Source: Raja brachyura (taxonomy: Eukaryota). Taken from it: a stretch of DNA of 64,000 nucleotides. A model generated the notes under the pieces. The model did not search any database. It saw only the letters and a list, made by a program, of their open reading frames with translations, and was not told where the DNA came from. Every line of letters begins with the position of its first letter. Position 1 is the first letter of the stretch. The stretch is from contig OY740792.1 in NCBI GenBank assembly GCA_963514005.1, positions 63,054,001 through 63,118,000 on the forward strand. Reading direction: 5' to 3'. This document shows positions 24,496-37,693 of the stretch, piece after piece. The position numbers and the translations under genes were made by a program.

Positions 24496-25589
24496 CATAT
24501 GTACATGTGTCTCTCTTCCAAATTGGATCAAACTCCTGCGACCATTTGCCCAGACATCCAATGTCAGGGTTAAACACACCCTGATAATGCATTAAGGAGT
24601 TCATAAAGACATGCCGTCATATCTGCCGGCAATGGAATAATCAAATTCTTACCTTCTGCAACTTAACAGGCCCGTAAGCACAATTCCACACAGATAGTGT
24701 GTAATATTCAATAATACAATGTTAACGACTAGGTAATCATAATACTGAAGTCTGTAGTGCAACCAAAGACATTGTTGCTGAGGTGGTAGTTAGTGTTGTG
24801 CCGTGTTCAAGAGCCTAATGCTCGGGAGAAGCTGTTCTTGAACCTGGAGGTCACAGATTTCAAGCTCTTGTGCCTTCTTCACAATGAGAGCGTGGCCAGG
24901 GTGGTGTGGGTCTGTGGTGATATTGGCCGCCGTCACGAGGCAGAGCCTCCTGTAGATCCCTTCGATGGTGGGGAGGCCCGGCCCCGTGATGTACTGGGAG
25001 GTGCGGGAAACCTGTCGGAGTGGGGAGAAAGCACTGAGAGGAGCACGTTGGAGGTAGCAAGTATCTGTGAGAATGGGTACATCTGAACCTCAGGAGGGAA
25101 GGAGATCCTGTGGTGGAGCCACAATTATAAAGATTTCAAAGTATGAGATGTGAGGGGAGGTGCTCGGTGTGGAATGAAGTACACGCCACCAGTACAGCAC
25201 CAGCATTTATTCACATTAAGATTATGTTTGGGTCATGTTTTTCCAGTCAGTTGAAATAATCTGTCTGCATGTATGTGGTGACAGAGCTGCTCAGGTGCTG
25301 AGAACATTGCTATTAGGATGAAGTTCCTGTTGTCCCATTATTTTGTTTTCTCTGGTCAAAGGGAATACTCAACAGTTCCAATCTTTACCTCAGTAGGTGA
25401 CCACCATTCAGTCAAGTGAAGGCACTAACAACTTGAGCAAAGCACAAAGTGCTAGAGGAACAGCAGGCAGCATCTGTCGAGACAACGCCTCCTCAGACTG
25501 ATGGAGTAGAGGGGACAAAGCTAGAAAAGAGGAGCAGTGATGGGACAAAGCCTGGCAAATGCAGCACATGGTTGAAGAGCAACAGGAAC

Positions 25590-25880
25590 CTTAGAGTAAA
25601 GGGGAGGCCATTTTAAGACTGAGGTGAGAAAAAACTTTTTCACCCAGAGAGTTGTGAATTTGTGGAATTCCCTGCCACAGAGGGCAGTGGGGGCCAAATC
25701 ACTGGATGGATTTAAGAGAGAGTTAGATAGAGCTCTAGGGGCTGGTGGAATCAAGGGATATGGGGAGAAGGCAGGCACGGGTTATTGATTGGGGATGATC
25801 AGCCATAATGACAATGAATGGCGGTGCTGGCTGGAAGGGCTGAATGGCCTCCTCCTGCACCTATTTTCTATGTTTCTATG
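25590..25880 (+). mobile_element. CR1 3' fragment
   Basis: Close match to 21660-21950; (TTTCTATG)n tail. Confidence 0.88.
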
Positions 25881-26124
25881 AATCACAGAGGGGGAGCAGT
25901 GAGAGTCACAGGACTCCCATCAGAGAGAGAGGGGAACCTCTTCAAAGTTGGCACAGTTTAAAGGATTCAAAGGTTCAAAGGTCATCTTATTGTCACGTGT
26001 ACCAATTAAGGTACAGTGAAACGCTAATTACACAAAGATCACAAATTACACAAACTCCGCTCTTTGAGGAGGTTGTGCAGTGGGGCAGTAAAATGCAGGC
26101 CCTTGAAACTGCGGATGCTGACAT

Positions 26125-26411
26125 TTCAGTTAGGTTTAGAGGTACAGCATGGAAACAGGCTCTTCGGCCCACTGAGTCGACGGTGGCCAGCGATCACCCC
26201 AACACTAATTCTATTCTGCACACACTGGGGACAATTTACAGAAACCAATTCACCTACAAAGCTGCACATCTTTGGAGTGTGGGGGGGAAACCCCACATGC
26301 TCACCAGAGAGGACGTACAAACTCCGCACCAACAGCAGCCTTAGTCAGGATCGAACCTGGGTCTCTGGCGCTGTGAGGCAGCAACTCTACCGCTGCACCG
26401 CCGTGCCACCC
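26125..26411 (-). mobile_element. HE1-type tRNA-derived SINE
   Basis: Minus strand ggcacggcggtgcagcggtagag (A box) ... ggttcgatcc (B box) and CR1-like 3' tail. Confidence 0.85.
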
Positions 26412-26515
26412 ACAACCCTGAGCAAAACACAACGTGCTGGTGGAACTCAAGGAGTGGAGGGAAATGGGAAAGCGATGTTTCGGGCAGCGACTACAATGCC
26501 AGTTTATTCAACGAC

Positions 26516-26670
26516 TAAAGGGCCATCATTTGCGCGTAATTTACGCGACATCATTCACGCATCTCGATGCACGACGCACGTGTCGTGACATACTCGTGAT
26601 GCGCGCATGGTGCGCGATGACATAGGCAGTGACGTACAAAATCTCCGCGCACCATCTGCGTGACGGGCAA
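26516..26670. mobile_element. CpG-rich Harbinger-type MITE fragment
   Basis: aagggcc..tcatttgcgcgt.. related to the palindromic element at 43464-43672; truncated next to the LINE tail. Confidence 0.5.
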
Positions 26671-27440
26671 ATTCGATTCGATTCAATTCAATCTTTAATT
26701 GTCATTGTGCAGTGTACAGTACAGAGACAACAAAATGCAGTTGGTATCTCCCCAGAAGAGCGAACTTAGAATAATGAACGGTAAAACATATATATGTACA
26801 AACAGCTGGGGTGAGACCAGAGCTTGACGATGCTGCGTGCCCTTCGCAGACATCGCTTGCTATGGACAGACTCAATGGAGGGGAGTGAGGAACCGGTGAT
26901 GCGTTGGGCAGTTTTCACCACCCTCTGCAGTGCTTTCCGGTCAGAGACAGAGCAGTTGCCATACCAAACTGTGATGCAGTTGGTAAGGATGCTCTCGATG
27001 GTGCAGCGGTAGAAGTTCACCAGGATCTGTGGAGACAGATGGACCTTCTTTAGTCTCCTCAGGTAGAAGAGACGCTGGTGAGCCTTTTGACCAGTGTAGA
27101 GGTATTGTGGGTCCAAGAGAGGTCATCAGAGATGTTGACCCCCAGGAACCTGAAGCTGGAAACACGTTCCACCTCCGTCCCGTTAATATGGATGGGGGTG
27201 TGCGTGCAGCCCCTAGACCTTCTGTAGTCCACAATGAGCTCCTTGGTCTTCTTGGTGTTAAGGGCCAGGTTATTGTCAGCGCACCATGCTGTTAGGAGCT
27301 GAACCTCCTCCCTATAGGCCGACTCATCGTTGTCACTGATGAGGCCAACCACCGTTGTATCATCTGCATACTTGATGATGGTGTTAGAACCATGTTCAGG
27401 TGTGCAGTCATAGGTGAAGAGGGAGTAGAGGAGGGGGTTC
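26670..27440 (-). mobile_element. Rex1/Babar-type LINE, RT C-terminal fragment
   Basis: PLLYSLFTYDC..IIKYADDTTVVGLI..LNTKKTKELIVDYRR..FLGV.ISDDLSW; KAHQRLFYLRRLKK..FYRCTIESILT.CITVWYG; pentamer-repeat tail near 26670-26695. Confidence 0.92.
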
Positions 27441-27982
27441 AAATGCCACGTGGGCCAGATCCTTAACTCAGAGATCAAACACGGCCATTCAAGTGAACAG
27501 CAGCAATATTGAATGTTGTGGAAAAAAAAAATTCCCTTCCCTTCTGAATGACTGCTGAATCATCTCCCTCTTACCTTCATTTGGATGAAAATAGATAACC
27601 AAACAATTGTCTCAGCAACTAAACAAAGAAGGCCAGAAATATATTTCTACTCTTTGAAACAAGATAGTCCTGCCCTCAGAAATCAATGTTGGTGAATACG
27701 GGCATATTTGTTTTTGATGGCCTCGTTCAATTGAGTAATACAATTATCTGCACTGCCCTTGGCAACATTAGTGCTGCTTCATTCTTTTCCCATGATCTCC
27801 TGTGGAAATTCCCGGCCTCCAACGTTCCATGGTGTGCAGGTACAGGCACCAGTGGCTCGGAAAAAGTTAAATGTCATTATTTTGTTTTCCAGCCAGGTCA
27901 CTTGTACCTTTGCTAACAATACGTACGGGCACCATCTTGTCTACAAAAGAGGCTCTGCCAACGCTATCGTCATCGGGTGGTG

Positions 27983-28975
27983 TAGTGCGCGGCTGCCTCG
28001 CCAGCAGTGTGCCTGTCATTTTAACTTTTTTTTGTTTTCTTAGTATGTCTAAATGTATGAATTAATGTTTCTCGATGAATTTTATGTCGGGGAGGGTGGA
28101 AAGGGGGAAACCGTTTCCAACCATTTACCTCGGCAGAGATATGACTTGTCTCCTAGTCGCATTTCCGCCCTCCCGACCAACTTGGATTGGTGCCGCCTTT
28201 CCCGGAGTCAACAGCAGGCGCTGCGCGGACTTTAACATCGCGGAGCCAGAAGAATGGCTCCGACCGCCGGCTTGCTGACTTTAACATCATGAAGCTGCGG
28301 TCTGCGGAGCCTCTAGCAGCAGGCGTGGAACGGACTTTACCATCCCGGAGCCAGGGATCCCTAGCCGGGGATCGACGGAGAAGAGCTCAGACCGCCGCCC
28401 TGCCTGTGACCTATAACATCGAGAAGCCGCCTGTCTTCAGTAAGAAAGTGGCTGATTTGGGCACTCCAAGCGGGAGTGTGTTCCGTCCATCCCGACGTCG
28501 GAGCTTTGTTCATCCCGACGAGAGGGCCTGTACATCGGGCTGTCCGCAACGGCGGCTACGGTGGGTCAAGGCCGCCAAAACACAGGTGAACAAAAGGAGG
28601 AAGACTGACTGAAGTTTATGATGGAAGTGATCACTGTGGTGGATGTTGACGTTAAAGTTCTATCATTCTTTTAATTGTAATTGTATGGCTGCGTGGAAAG
28701 TCAAATATCACTGTGTAGCGGCGCCTGCTGGCGCACACAGGTATCGAACCCGGCGTTCGGAAGCCGCGGTCACGTGACTCGGGAGGGGCTGCTAGTTTTT
28801 GCGCAGTTTCGCTTTGGCGTTGCAGTTGAGTGCTGACCCACCGTTGTGGTCAGACGTGTTATAAGAACCTGCAAGCTAAGAAGCTCGTTTGTTAATAAAT
28901 AAGTTACCAAAACGTAGTCGTCGTTCTTGCGACCGCCAAAACTGTCCCTTAATTGGTGCATGTGACAATAAATGG
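27983..28975 (+). mobile_element. Non-coding GC-rich dispersed repeat (host of the solo LTR)
   Basis: Shares head ggctgcctcgcca.cag, internal cggactttaacatc and tail cttaattggtgcat.tgac.ataa with 47790-48375. Confidence 0.7.
28714..28940 (+). mobile_element. 227-bp solo LTR (Gypsy-like)
   Basis: Starts TGTAGCGG, ends CCGCCAAA (imperfect inverse), 4-bp TSD ACTG (28710-28713, 28941-28944), internal TTATAAG and AATAAA; cleanly splits the host repeat tail. Confidence 0.75.
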
Positions 28976-29544
28976 GAATGCGAATCTGAATCTAGATCTT
29001 AGTCCCAGATATTATTTTAATCAATAGCCAAACTGAACGCATTGCAATAATGTTAAAGATTTTCTGAGGTAAATATGAATCTGGAGCCTGAAGCATTAAT
29101 ACTGTTTCTCTTTTCCAGACGCAGCCTGACCTGCTGAGTCTTTCCACCATTTGATGTTTGCAGCTCAGATTTTCAGCACCAATCCCCGGCAGTTTGTAGA
29201 TTTCTCGCTGTGGTCTTGAGATCTTCCCTGAGATAGTGCAGACCACACTTTGTGAGGCAGAGCCCACCTTTGTACAGATTCAGCATAATCCCCTCATTTC
29301 TACGCTGCCTTTCTGATGTTTTTCTGCTGTCGGTGCGCCATTTGTGCTTTTGTCAGCCATGCGTTTCCTCATCAAAGCAGCCCCAACGTCTTGTCTGCAT
29401 CCACCACCACCGGTTGTCTGCGACTGTTTCAGATGTTGCGTCTGCTTGCTTTGTCTCTCCGTCCACATTTCATGATTCTCTGCGTGAAATTTAATCTACC
29501 GTGTGCTTCTATAGTCCATCCATGTCCTGCTGAGATCTATTTGG

Positions 29545-30390
29545 GCAGCACAGTGGAGCCAGCGGGTAGAGCTGCTGCCTCACAGCACCAAGGACCCAGC
29601 TTCGATCCTGACCTCGGGTGCTGTCTGTTGGGAGTTTGCACGTTCTCCCTGTGGCCATGTGTGGGTTTCCTTTGGGTGCTCCGGTTTCCTCCCTCCTCCC
29701 AAAGACATGCGGGTTTGTAGGTTCATTGGCCTCTGTAACTTGCCCCATGTCTCCATCTGGTCTCCAAATCTGAGGAAGGACATTATTGCCATAGAGGGAG
29801 TGCAGCGAAGGTTCACCAGACTGATTCCTGGGATGTCAGGACTGTCTTATGAACAAAGACTGCATAGACTCGGTTTATACTCTCTAGAATTTAGGAGATT
29901 GAGAGGGGATCTTATAGAAACTTACAAAATTCTTAAGGGGTTGGACAGGCTAGATGCAGGAAGATTGTTCCCGATGTTGGGGAGGTCCAGGACAAGGGGT
30001 CACAGCTTAAGGATAAGGGGGAAATCCTTTAGGACCGAGATGAGAAGGACTTTTTTCACACACAGAGTAGTGGGTCTCTGGAACTCTCTGCCACAGAGGG
30101 TAGTTGAGGCCAGTTCATTGGCTATATTTAAGAGGGAGTTAGATGTGGCCCTTGTGGCTAAGGGGATCAGAGGGTATGGAGAGAAGGCAGGTACGGGATA
30201 CTGAGTTGGATGATCAGCCATGATCATATTGAATGGCGGTGCAGGCTCGAAGGGCCGAATGGCCTACTCCTGCACCTAATTTCTATGTTTCTATGTGTGT
30301 AGGGAGTGGATGAGAATGTGGGACAACATAGAACTAGTGTGTACGGGTGATCAATGGTCGATAGTCTGTTTCCATGCCGTGTCTTTGAAT
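29545..30390 (+). mobile_element. HE1-type SINE with nested CR1 3' fragment (about 29755-30295)
   Basis: SINE head 29545-29750 and tail 30296-30390 separated by WSPNLRKDIIAIEGVQRRFTRLIPG...EKAGTGY. Confidence 0.88.
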
Positions 30391-30810
30391 CAAAATTTCA
30401 ATTGCTAGTCCATTTTCACCACATTTTTTGCCAGCTATTACTTTTAAGTTACCAATGATTGGACAATTACCTGAGGTTCACAGCTTCCCACACTTACTAT
30501 TGCCTCAAGCCTCATGAAGCTCATAGACTGTCCACCACACACAAGCAGAGGTGGCATGTTACCCAGGTGTATTTCCAGAGCAACACACACAGTGCTGGAG
30601 GAACTCAGCGGGTCGGGCAGCATCCATGCAGGGACTGGACAAGCGACATCTCAGCTCGGCACCCTTAGTTCTACTTCCGCAGTCTGAAGATGAATGGCAA
30701 CTTGAAACATCATCTGCCCATTTCCTCCACAGATGCTGCCTGACCCGCTGAATTCCTCCGGCACTTTGTGTTCTGTTCAAGATTCCAGCATCTGCAATGT
30801 TTTGTGTGCT

Positions 30811-31127
30811 GGGTGGTACGGTGGCGCAGCGATAGACTTGCTGCCTTACAGCGCTTCCTGCACCAGAGACCCAGGTTCGATCCTGACTACGAGTGCTTAT
30901 CTGTGCGGAGTTTGCACGTTCTCCCGTGACGTGCGTGGGTTTTCTCCGAGAACTTCAGGTTCCTCCCACACTCCAAAGATGTGCAGGTTTTTAGGTTAAT
31001 TGGCTTGCATATGTTTAAATTGTCCCTAGTGTGTGTAGGATAGTGTTAATGTGCGGGGATTGCTGGTCGGTACGGACTCGGTGGGCTGAAGGGCCGGTTT
31101 CCGCGCTGTATCTCTAAAACTGAAACT
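30811..31127 (+). mobile_element. HE1-type tRNA-derived SINE, near full length
   Basis: ggtggcgcagcgatag (A box), ggttcgatcc (B box), 3' gggctgaagggcc.gtttcc.cgctgtatctctaaa tail resembling CR1 ends. Confidence 0.88.
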
Positions 31128-31261
31128 ATATTTCAAATGAGGTTCTGATGCACTTTGTCTTCCTTGCAAAGGATTGTAAAACTATCATTTTAAACACCTG
31201 CTAGCCAGGTACGACAAGCCCCTCCTCCAGCGGACAAGGGGAGTACTGGACCCCTATTAAT

Positions 31262-32005
31262 AACCATATAATAACTATATAACAATTACAGCACAGAAAC
31301 AGGCCTTCTCGGCCCTTCCAGTCCGTGCCAACCATTTATTTTCCCCTAGTCCCATCTACCTGCACTCAGATCATACCCCTCCATTCCCTTCCCGTCCATA
31401 TACCTATCCACTTTACTTTTAAATGTTAAAATCGATCCTGCCTCCACCACTTCTGCTGGAAGCTCATTCCACACAGCCACCACTCTCTGAGTAAAGAAGT
31501 TCCCCCTCATGTTACCCCTAAACTTCTGTCCCTTAATTCTCATGTCATGCCCTCTTGTTTGAATCTTCCCTACCCTCAATGGGAAAAGCTTATCCACGTC
31601 AACTCTGTCTATCCCTTTCATCATTTTAAAGATCTCAATCAAGTCCCCCCTTAACCTTCTGCGCTCCAAAGAATAAAGACCTAACTTGTTCAACCTTTCT
31701 CTGTAAGTTAGTTGCTGGAACCCAGGCAACATTCTAGTAAATCTCCTCTGTACTCTCTCTATTTTGTTGACATCCTTCCTATAATTAGGCAACCAAAATT
31801 GTACACCATACTCCAGAATTGGTCTCACCAATGCCTTGTACAATTTTAACATTACTTCCCTACTCCTATATTCAATGCTCTGATTTATAAAGGCCAGCGC
31901 ACCAAAAGCTTTCTTTACCACCCTATCTACATGCGATTCCACCTTCAGGGAACTATGCACAGTTATTGCTAGATCCCTCTTTTCCACAGCATTCCTCAAT
32001 TCCTC
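31262..32005 (-). mobile_element. CR1 3' fragment (distinct subfamily)
   Basis: RDLAITVHSSLKVESHVDRVVKKAFGALAFINQSIEYRSREVMLKLYKALVRPILEYGVQFW...GRWD. Confidence 0.93.
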
Positions 32006-32539
32006 AATGGTGACTCGCCTGTGGTTGGTGCGTGTACCAATGTTTCTCAATGTCCGATTCACCTCTAACCCATTGCAGACATTGAATTGGAATTGTGGTG
32101 CTACCTTGCTGAGAATTGCATTCTGCTCTCTGGTATCTTCCGCTGTGCTCTGTCTAATGTACTTGAGCTTGTATGGTATTATCTGGCCTGTTTGGATGGC
32201 ATGCAGCAGAGCAAAGCTTTTCACTGTGCCTCGGTCCACGTGACAATGGAAAAGCTAAACCTAACAAGCTACTTCTCTCTTAAGTTGTAAATAATACGAG
32301 CGTGTACCACACACCTGTTCCGCTTCACTGGGTCTCTTGACTCTAGCTCCACATGGCTCAGCTTGTTTACACCAGGTGTCCGTTCCAAAGAGGATATCAA
32401 GGAAAGGCGCAAATTGCCCGAGCAACTCAGCGGGTCAGACAGCATTTGACCTGGTGAGTTACTCCAGCACTTTGTGTTTCCTTTTGTAAACCAGCATCTG
32501 CAGTGCCTTGTTTCTCCAGGATATCAAGAAAGACCAACT

Positions 32540-33580
32540 ATAGAATGGTGCCAACATTGGGCCATATATTTTGTGTTATTCTCTCTCCATGATCATTATT
32601 TTTAAACTAAATATTCACAACAGTTTGAGTCACATGTATTGTGCAAAAAACAATAACTTTGATTATATTTTGAGTGGATGTTCCTGGATTAATTTATGGG
32701 AATTAAACATTAAATTCCTTCCATTTGGCCTATAATTTCATGACATTTAAAAATCATGTTATATTGTGAATTCTTGTGTGAATGGGATTAGTTTGGATAT
32801 TTGGATACTTAGGCTATTTTAATCAATGTATCCTTTTCTTAAGAAATGGAATCTCCAGGACATCCTTAATGGGAATGTAGTGGGCAGAAAGGCATGTTAT
32901 GTGTGGTTTGACGAGCAAAAACTTGTAGTTTACAATGCCAACATTGAAAAGTTGGGGAAAAACAAGGTGTACAGAGTTGCTTATTGGTTACAATCTGAGG
33001 AGTATGATGATGCTGCTGATTATGATATGCCAATGTACCAGCTAGCAACTGATCTTCTCCATAAAGACTTGGTCTATTGCTAGAAATTGTAATTTATTTA
33101 ACTATCTGTTATGGACTTACAGCATATGATACAATAATATTAAAGTTCTGATCGTGAGAAAATCACATTTTTGAATTTTCTGGGTGTTTATTACTATTTC
33201 CGTCACAATGGTCAATTTTGTAATTAGCTACAATTAGGTAACTAATTATATGCGTTAATTTCAGGTCATCCAAGTAAGACGTTTCATATTTGTTTCAGAA
33301 TGCTTCAATCTATAATAACTGAAATTTTCATTCAGTTCTCTTAATTTGTAAGAAAGCTATGGGCTTTTGACTGTCCTCGATCACAGCTTTTGTGTTAAGT
33401 CAATGGAAAAGCAATAGGGAACAAGATGCTAATTTCCGAGTATGAAAATGACCACAACATTTTTAATACTGAAGATATGAAAGTGAATTAGGAGTCAAAT
33501 TAAACTTATTTTTATGCTTTATCTGATGGGATAAATTGCAGACTTGATTTTTTAAATCTCAAAATGTTGCAACATTGCTA
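32540..33580. mobile_element. AT-rich unclassified repeat/DNA-transposon remnant containing a protein C-terminal fragment (32826-33083, +)
   Basis: ORF VVGRKACYVWFDEQKLVVYNANIEKL..YRVAYW..EEYDDAADYDMPMYQLATDLLHKDL has protein-like composition; weak terminal inversion TAGAATGGTGCCAACATT / AATGTTGCAACATTGCTA; no TSD seen. Confidence 0.45.
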
Positions 33581-34406
33581 CATTTATCACTGTAGAATGA
33601 ATAACAATGAGATTATTCTAACCTCAGTCGGAAAGGAGATGGATTTAAATGTAAAGCTGAGGATACTGGACATTGCACTTTGCGAAGTGTACTAGTCTGT
33701 TTACAAAATTATGTATAAAATCCTTGGCTCCTCAAATTAAAAACACGTGTAAATATATTAAAGACAAACAATTAATTATGCATATGGAATTATGCAAATT
33801 GAAACTTCCCAGTAGAATTAAAATTGTGAGGTAAATCCAGCACTCAGCTTGGAGTAAGAGGCTCAGTAAAAGAAGTCAATGTTCACGGCAACAGCTAAAA
33901 CAATGAAATATTCTCCCGTTAATGCACGCTCAATACATGCATCACTCGTTCAACCAATTTTATTTAATAGATTCAATAGAACTGGTGGACCCTAATAGTT
34001 CACAATCTCAAATATTGTTTACTTTAAGAACTGTGAGAATCCAAGAGGGATTTCTGTCAGTCAAATAAATTGATGCTAAATTATTAAAGGACTCGTAGAT
34101 TGGAAACTCCAAAGCTGCTACATCTGAGAGCATAAATTACTTTTTTTTAATTAGACTGGGTTTCAAACATTCTCCAGATGGGCTCAACATTAGAAGTGAT
34201 TCTCCAGAGGCTGCTCAGTGCCTTTCAATTGCATTAAAGGGAGGATGGAACATATAAATGAAATAAAAAGTTATTTAGGTCAACAGTGTTACTTCTCCCT
34301 CAGCAATGAGATCATCCCAGGCATTTCACTTGGATGGATCATTTTCCACCCCCACAGTAAAGAAAGCTTAACGTTGCATTAGGGTTTAGATCAATTATCA
34401 TCCTCG

Positions 34407-35755
34407 TGTAGGAAGGAACTGCTAGATAGACACAAAAAGCAGGAGTAACTCAGCAGGACAGGCAGCATCTCTGGGGAGAAGGAATGGGTGACGTTTCAGT
34501 CGAGACCCTTCTTCAGACTGGTTAGGGAAAAGGTGCAGGAGGCTGCACCAATGCAACCATCAATGTAACGGAGATAGAGTTCTGGGATAGGGCCAGTGTA
34601 CACCTGGAACAGGGATTGGTGACTGCATCGGTGCTACCTCCTGCACCCATGCAGAACTCATGGACTTCATCAACTTCACCACCAATTTTCATCCTGCACT
34701 CAATTTTACTTGGACCATCTCCGACACCTCCCTCCCCTTTCTTGATCTCACAGTCTCCATCACAAGAAATAGACTATTGACTGAAGTCTATTACAAACCC
34801 ACTGACTCCCACAACTATCTTGACTACACTTCCTCCCATCCTGCTTCCTGCAAAGACTCTATCCCCTCCTCCCAATTCCTCCATCTACGCCACATCTGTG
34901 TACAAGATGAGATGTTCCATACTAGAACAGCCGAGATGTCCTCATTCTTTAGGGAATGGGGATTCCCCTCTCCCATCATAGATGAGGCCCTCACTCGTGT
35001 CTCCTTGGTATCCCGCAGTTCCGCCCGTACTCCCCCTCACCCCCTAGTTGCAACAGAGACAGAATCCCCCTTGTCGCTACCTTCCACCCCAATCAGCCGT
35101 CGCATACAACACATAACCCTCCGAAATTTCCGCCACCTCCAACGGGATCCCACCACTAGTCACAGCTTCCAATCTCCACCCCTTTCCACCAACCGCAGAG
35201 ACCGTTCCCTCCGCAACTCCCTGGTTAACTCATCCCTTCCCACCCAAACCACCCGCTCCCCAGGTACCTTCCCCAGCAACCGCAGAAGATGCAACACCTG
35301 TCCCTACACCTCCTCCCTCGACTCTGTCCAGGGACCCCGACAGTCCTTTCAGGTTAGGCAGAGGTTCACTTGCACCTCCTCCAACCTCATCTACTGTATC
35401 CGTTGTTCAAGATGTGGACTTCTCACACAAGGAATTACAGATACTGGTTTAAACCGAAGATCGACACAAATTGCTGGAGTAACTCAGCGGGACGGGCAGC
35501 ATCTCTGGAGAGAAGGAATGGGTGGCGTTTCAGGCCGAGACCCTTCTTCAGACTGAGAGTCTGGGGAAAGGGAGACATTAGAGATATGGAATGGTAAGGT
35601 GTGAAAACACAAAACAAACCAAACCATCAGGAAATGCAGAATGGTTCAGTTAGCAGATGGTGGCATACAGTCCGTAAAATTCAATCAGGAGTGAAACTTG
35701 TCAGGGAACTAGGATGGGGGAGGGATGGAGAGAGAGGGAAAGCAAGGGTTACTTG
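34407..35755 (+). mobile_element. Penelope-like element with inverted terminal segments
   Basis: ORF 34660: FINFTTNFHPALNFTWTISDTSLPFLDL..YYKPTDSHNYLDY.SSHP..CNTCPY..SSNLIYCIRCSRCGLL; inverted terminal-repeat pieces at about 34407-34530 and 35430-35755. Confidence 0.92.
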
Positions 35756-36055
35756 TTTAGCTTAGTTTAGAGATGCAGCGCGGAAACAGGCCCTTCGGCC
35801 CACCGAGTCTGCGCTGACCAGTGATCCGTGCACATTAACACTATCAGGACAATTTAATTTAATTTAAATTAATATCAAGCCAATTAACCTACAAACTTAT
35901 ACGTCTTTGGAATGTGGGAGGAAATCGAAGATCTCGGAGAAAACCCACGCAGGTCACGGGGAGAATGTACAAACTCTATACAGACAGCACCCGTAGTCGG
36001 GATTGAACCCGGGTCTCTGGCGCTGTAAGGCAGCAACTCTACCCCTGCGCCACTG
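35755..36055 (-). mobile_element. HE1-type tRNA-derived SINE
   Basis: Reverse complement of the 30811-31127 family. Confidence 0.87.
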
Positions 36056-36129
36056 AGCTTGAATTTAGAGAAATTAATATTCTATTCATGAAAAGAGGGA
36101 CAAAGAAAATGGAGAACTATGTCTAATCC

Positions 36130-36565
36130 ATTGGTCTTGCGGGCTTGAGTTATAGAGATACGTTGGATAGGCTGAGGGTGATCTTATGGAGGTATACAAG
36201 ATCACAAGGGGGCATGGATAAAGTAAACACTCACAGTCATTTTCCCTGGATAGAGGATTGTAAAACTAGAGGGTGTAGACTTATGTTGAGGAGAGAGTCT
36301 CAAGAGGGACCTCAGAGACAAATGTTCTCACTCAGAGGGTGATGTGTATCTGAAATGAGTTGCCAGAGGATCTATATCCATCTATAGAAGTGGAATAAAA
36401 ATAAGACTTTTAAAAGACATTTGTCACTTACGGTATATGGATAGGAAGGTTTTAGAGGGCTATGGGGCAAATGCAGGCAAATTGGATTAGCCCAGTATGC
36501 TAACATGCCTGGCATAGACAAGGTGGGCTGAAGGGCCTGTTTCGTTCTGTAGTGCGCTATGATTC
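36130..36565 (+). mobile_element. Old CR1 3' fragment
   Basis: Degenerate LSYRDTLDRL/aggctgagggtgatctt...gggctgaagggcctgttt end. Confidence 0.7.
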
Positions 36566-37316
36566 TACTTGTCAGGAAAATTAAGGATGTGGAAATTGGC
36601 ATTTTAGACCTTCAGCCCAGACGTTAGGTTAGACGAACTAGGTCGTGACATGGGAGTGTGTAGGGGGTCACCTGAAATGAACGGAATTGGGAGTCTGCCG
36701 GGTACCACCCGCTGCGTGTGGACCTGGGGGAGCCCCCCCCCCCCAAGGGGCCAAAAAATGGGTGCTAAATAGATGAGTGAGGTACCACTTAGATCCAGTA
36801 CCATGGTGTGCTCACTGCCACGCCCATATCAACAACACAAACAAAGGGCCTAAAAAATGAGCTAGCATATAGACGAGCAAGGTACCACTCACAAATACTG
36901 CCAAATGGACAAGTTGAGTACAAAATGGGTTACGCCAGACATATAGTCCGCTGCACTACAGGTACCAGATACCCCAAAAATGGACACACTAGACGCTGCT
37001 GTCCAATTAGGCCAGCCTAGATATTGTGGATACCAGCTAAAACCAAGTTTAAATGATCGACCACAGCTTGGGGAATATAAAATGACCTATGACCGAACAA
37101 TTATCTGCTGCATTGGGCCTACCAGACGACCTAATTGGGCCCATGGGCCAATCCAGGCTAGCCTAGATATTAAAGGTACCAGCTAAAACATGGTTTAGAT
37201 GATCAATCACAGCCTAGGAAATATAAAATCACTCATGCCAGAATAATAATCCATTCGCTTGGCCTTACCAGACCCCCCCCCCCCAATAGGTCCTTGGGCC
37301 CAAGTAGGCTAGTCAA

Positions 37317-37693
37317 CACCTCATATTCCTCTGGGCTTAAACATTGAATTTTCTCAATTCTGTTAACCCTGGCTGCCTCCTCCCCTTCCCACCTCTCCCT
37401 CAGCCCTTGGGCCCTGGCATTCCTTCTCTCTCTATCTCTCCCCCACCCAAGTCGCACTAGCTTCTCATTTTCACACTACAAACAGCTTACAATGGCCTGT
37501 TTCCTTTATCATCGATACTTTTTTGCATATCTTTCATTCATTGTTCTTTATCTCTCCACATCACCGTCTATATCTCTCGTTTCCCTGATCCCTGACCAGT
37601 CAGAAGAAGGGTCTCGACCCGAAACGTCGCCTATCTCCTTCGCTCCTTAGATGCTGCTGCACCCGCTGAGTTTCTCCAGCTTTTGTGTAACCC
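37317..37693 (+). mobile_element. Penelope-like 3' terminal fragment inserted just inside the left foldback arm
   Basis: 12-bp TSD TAGGCTAGTCAA (37305-37316, 37694-37705); sequence is the reverse complement of about 46700-47080. Confidence 0.88.

Noticed and set aside
28735-28775. tRNA-like T-arm motif (GGGTTCGATACC on minus strand)
   Set aside because: No D arm or acceptor stem; lies inside the solo LTR.
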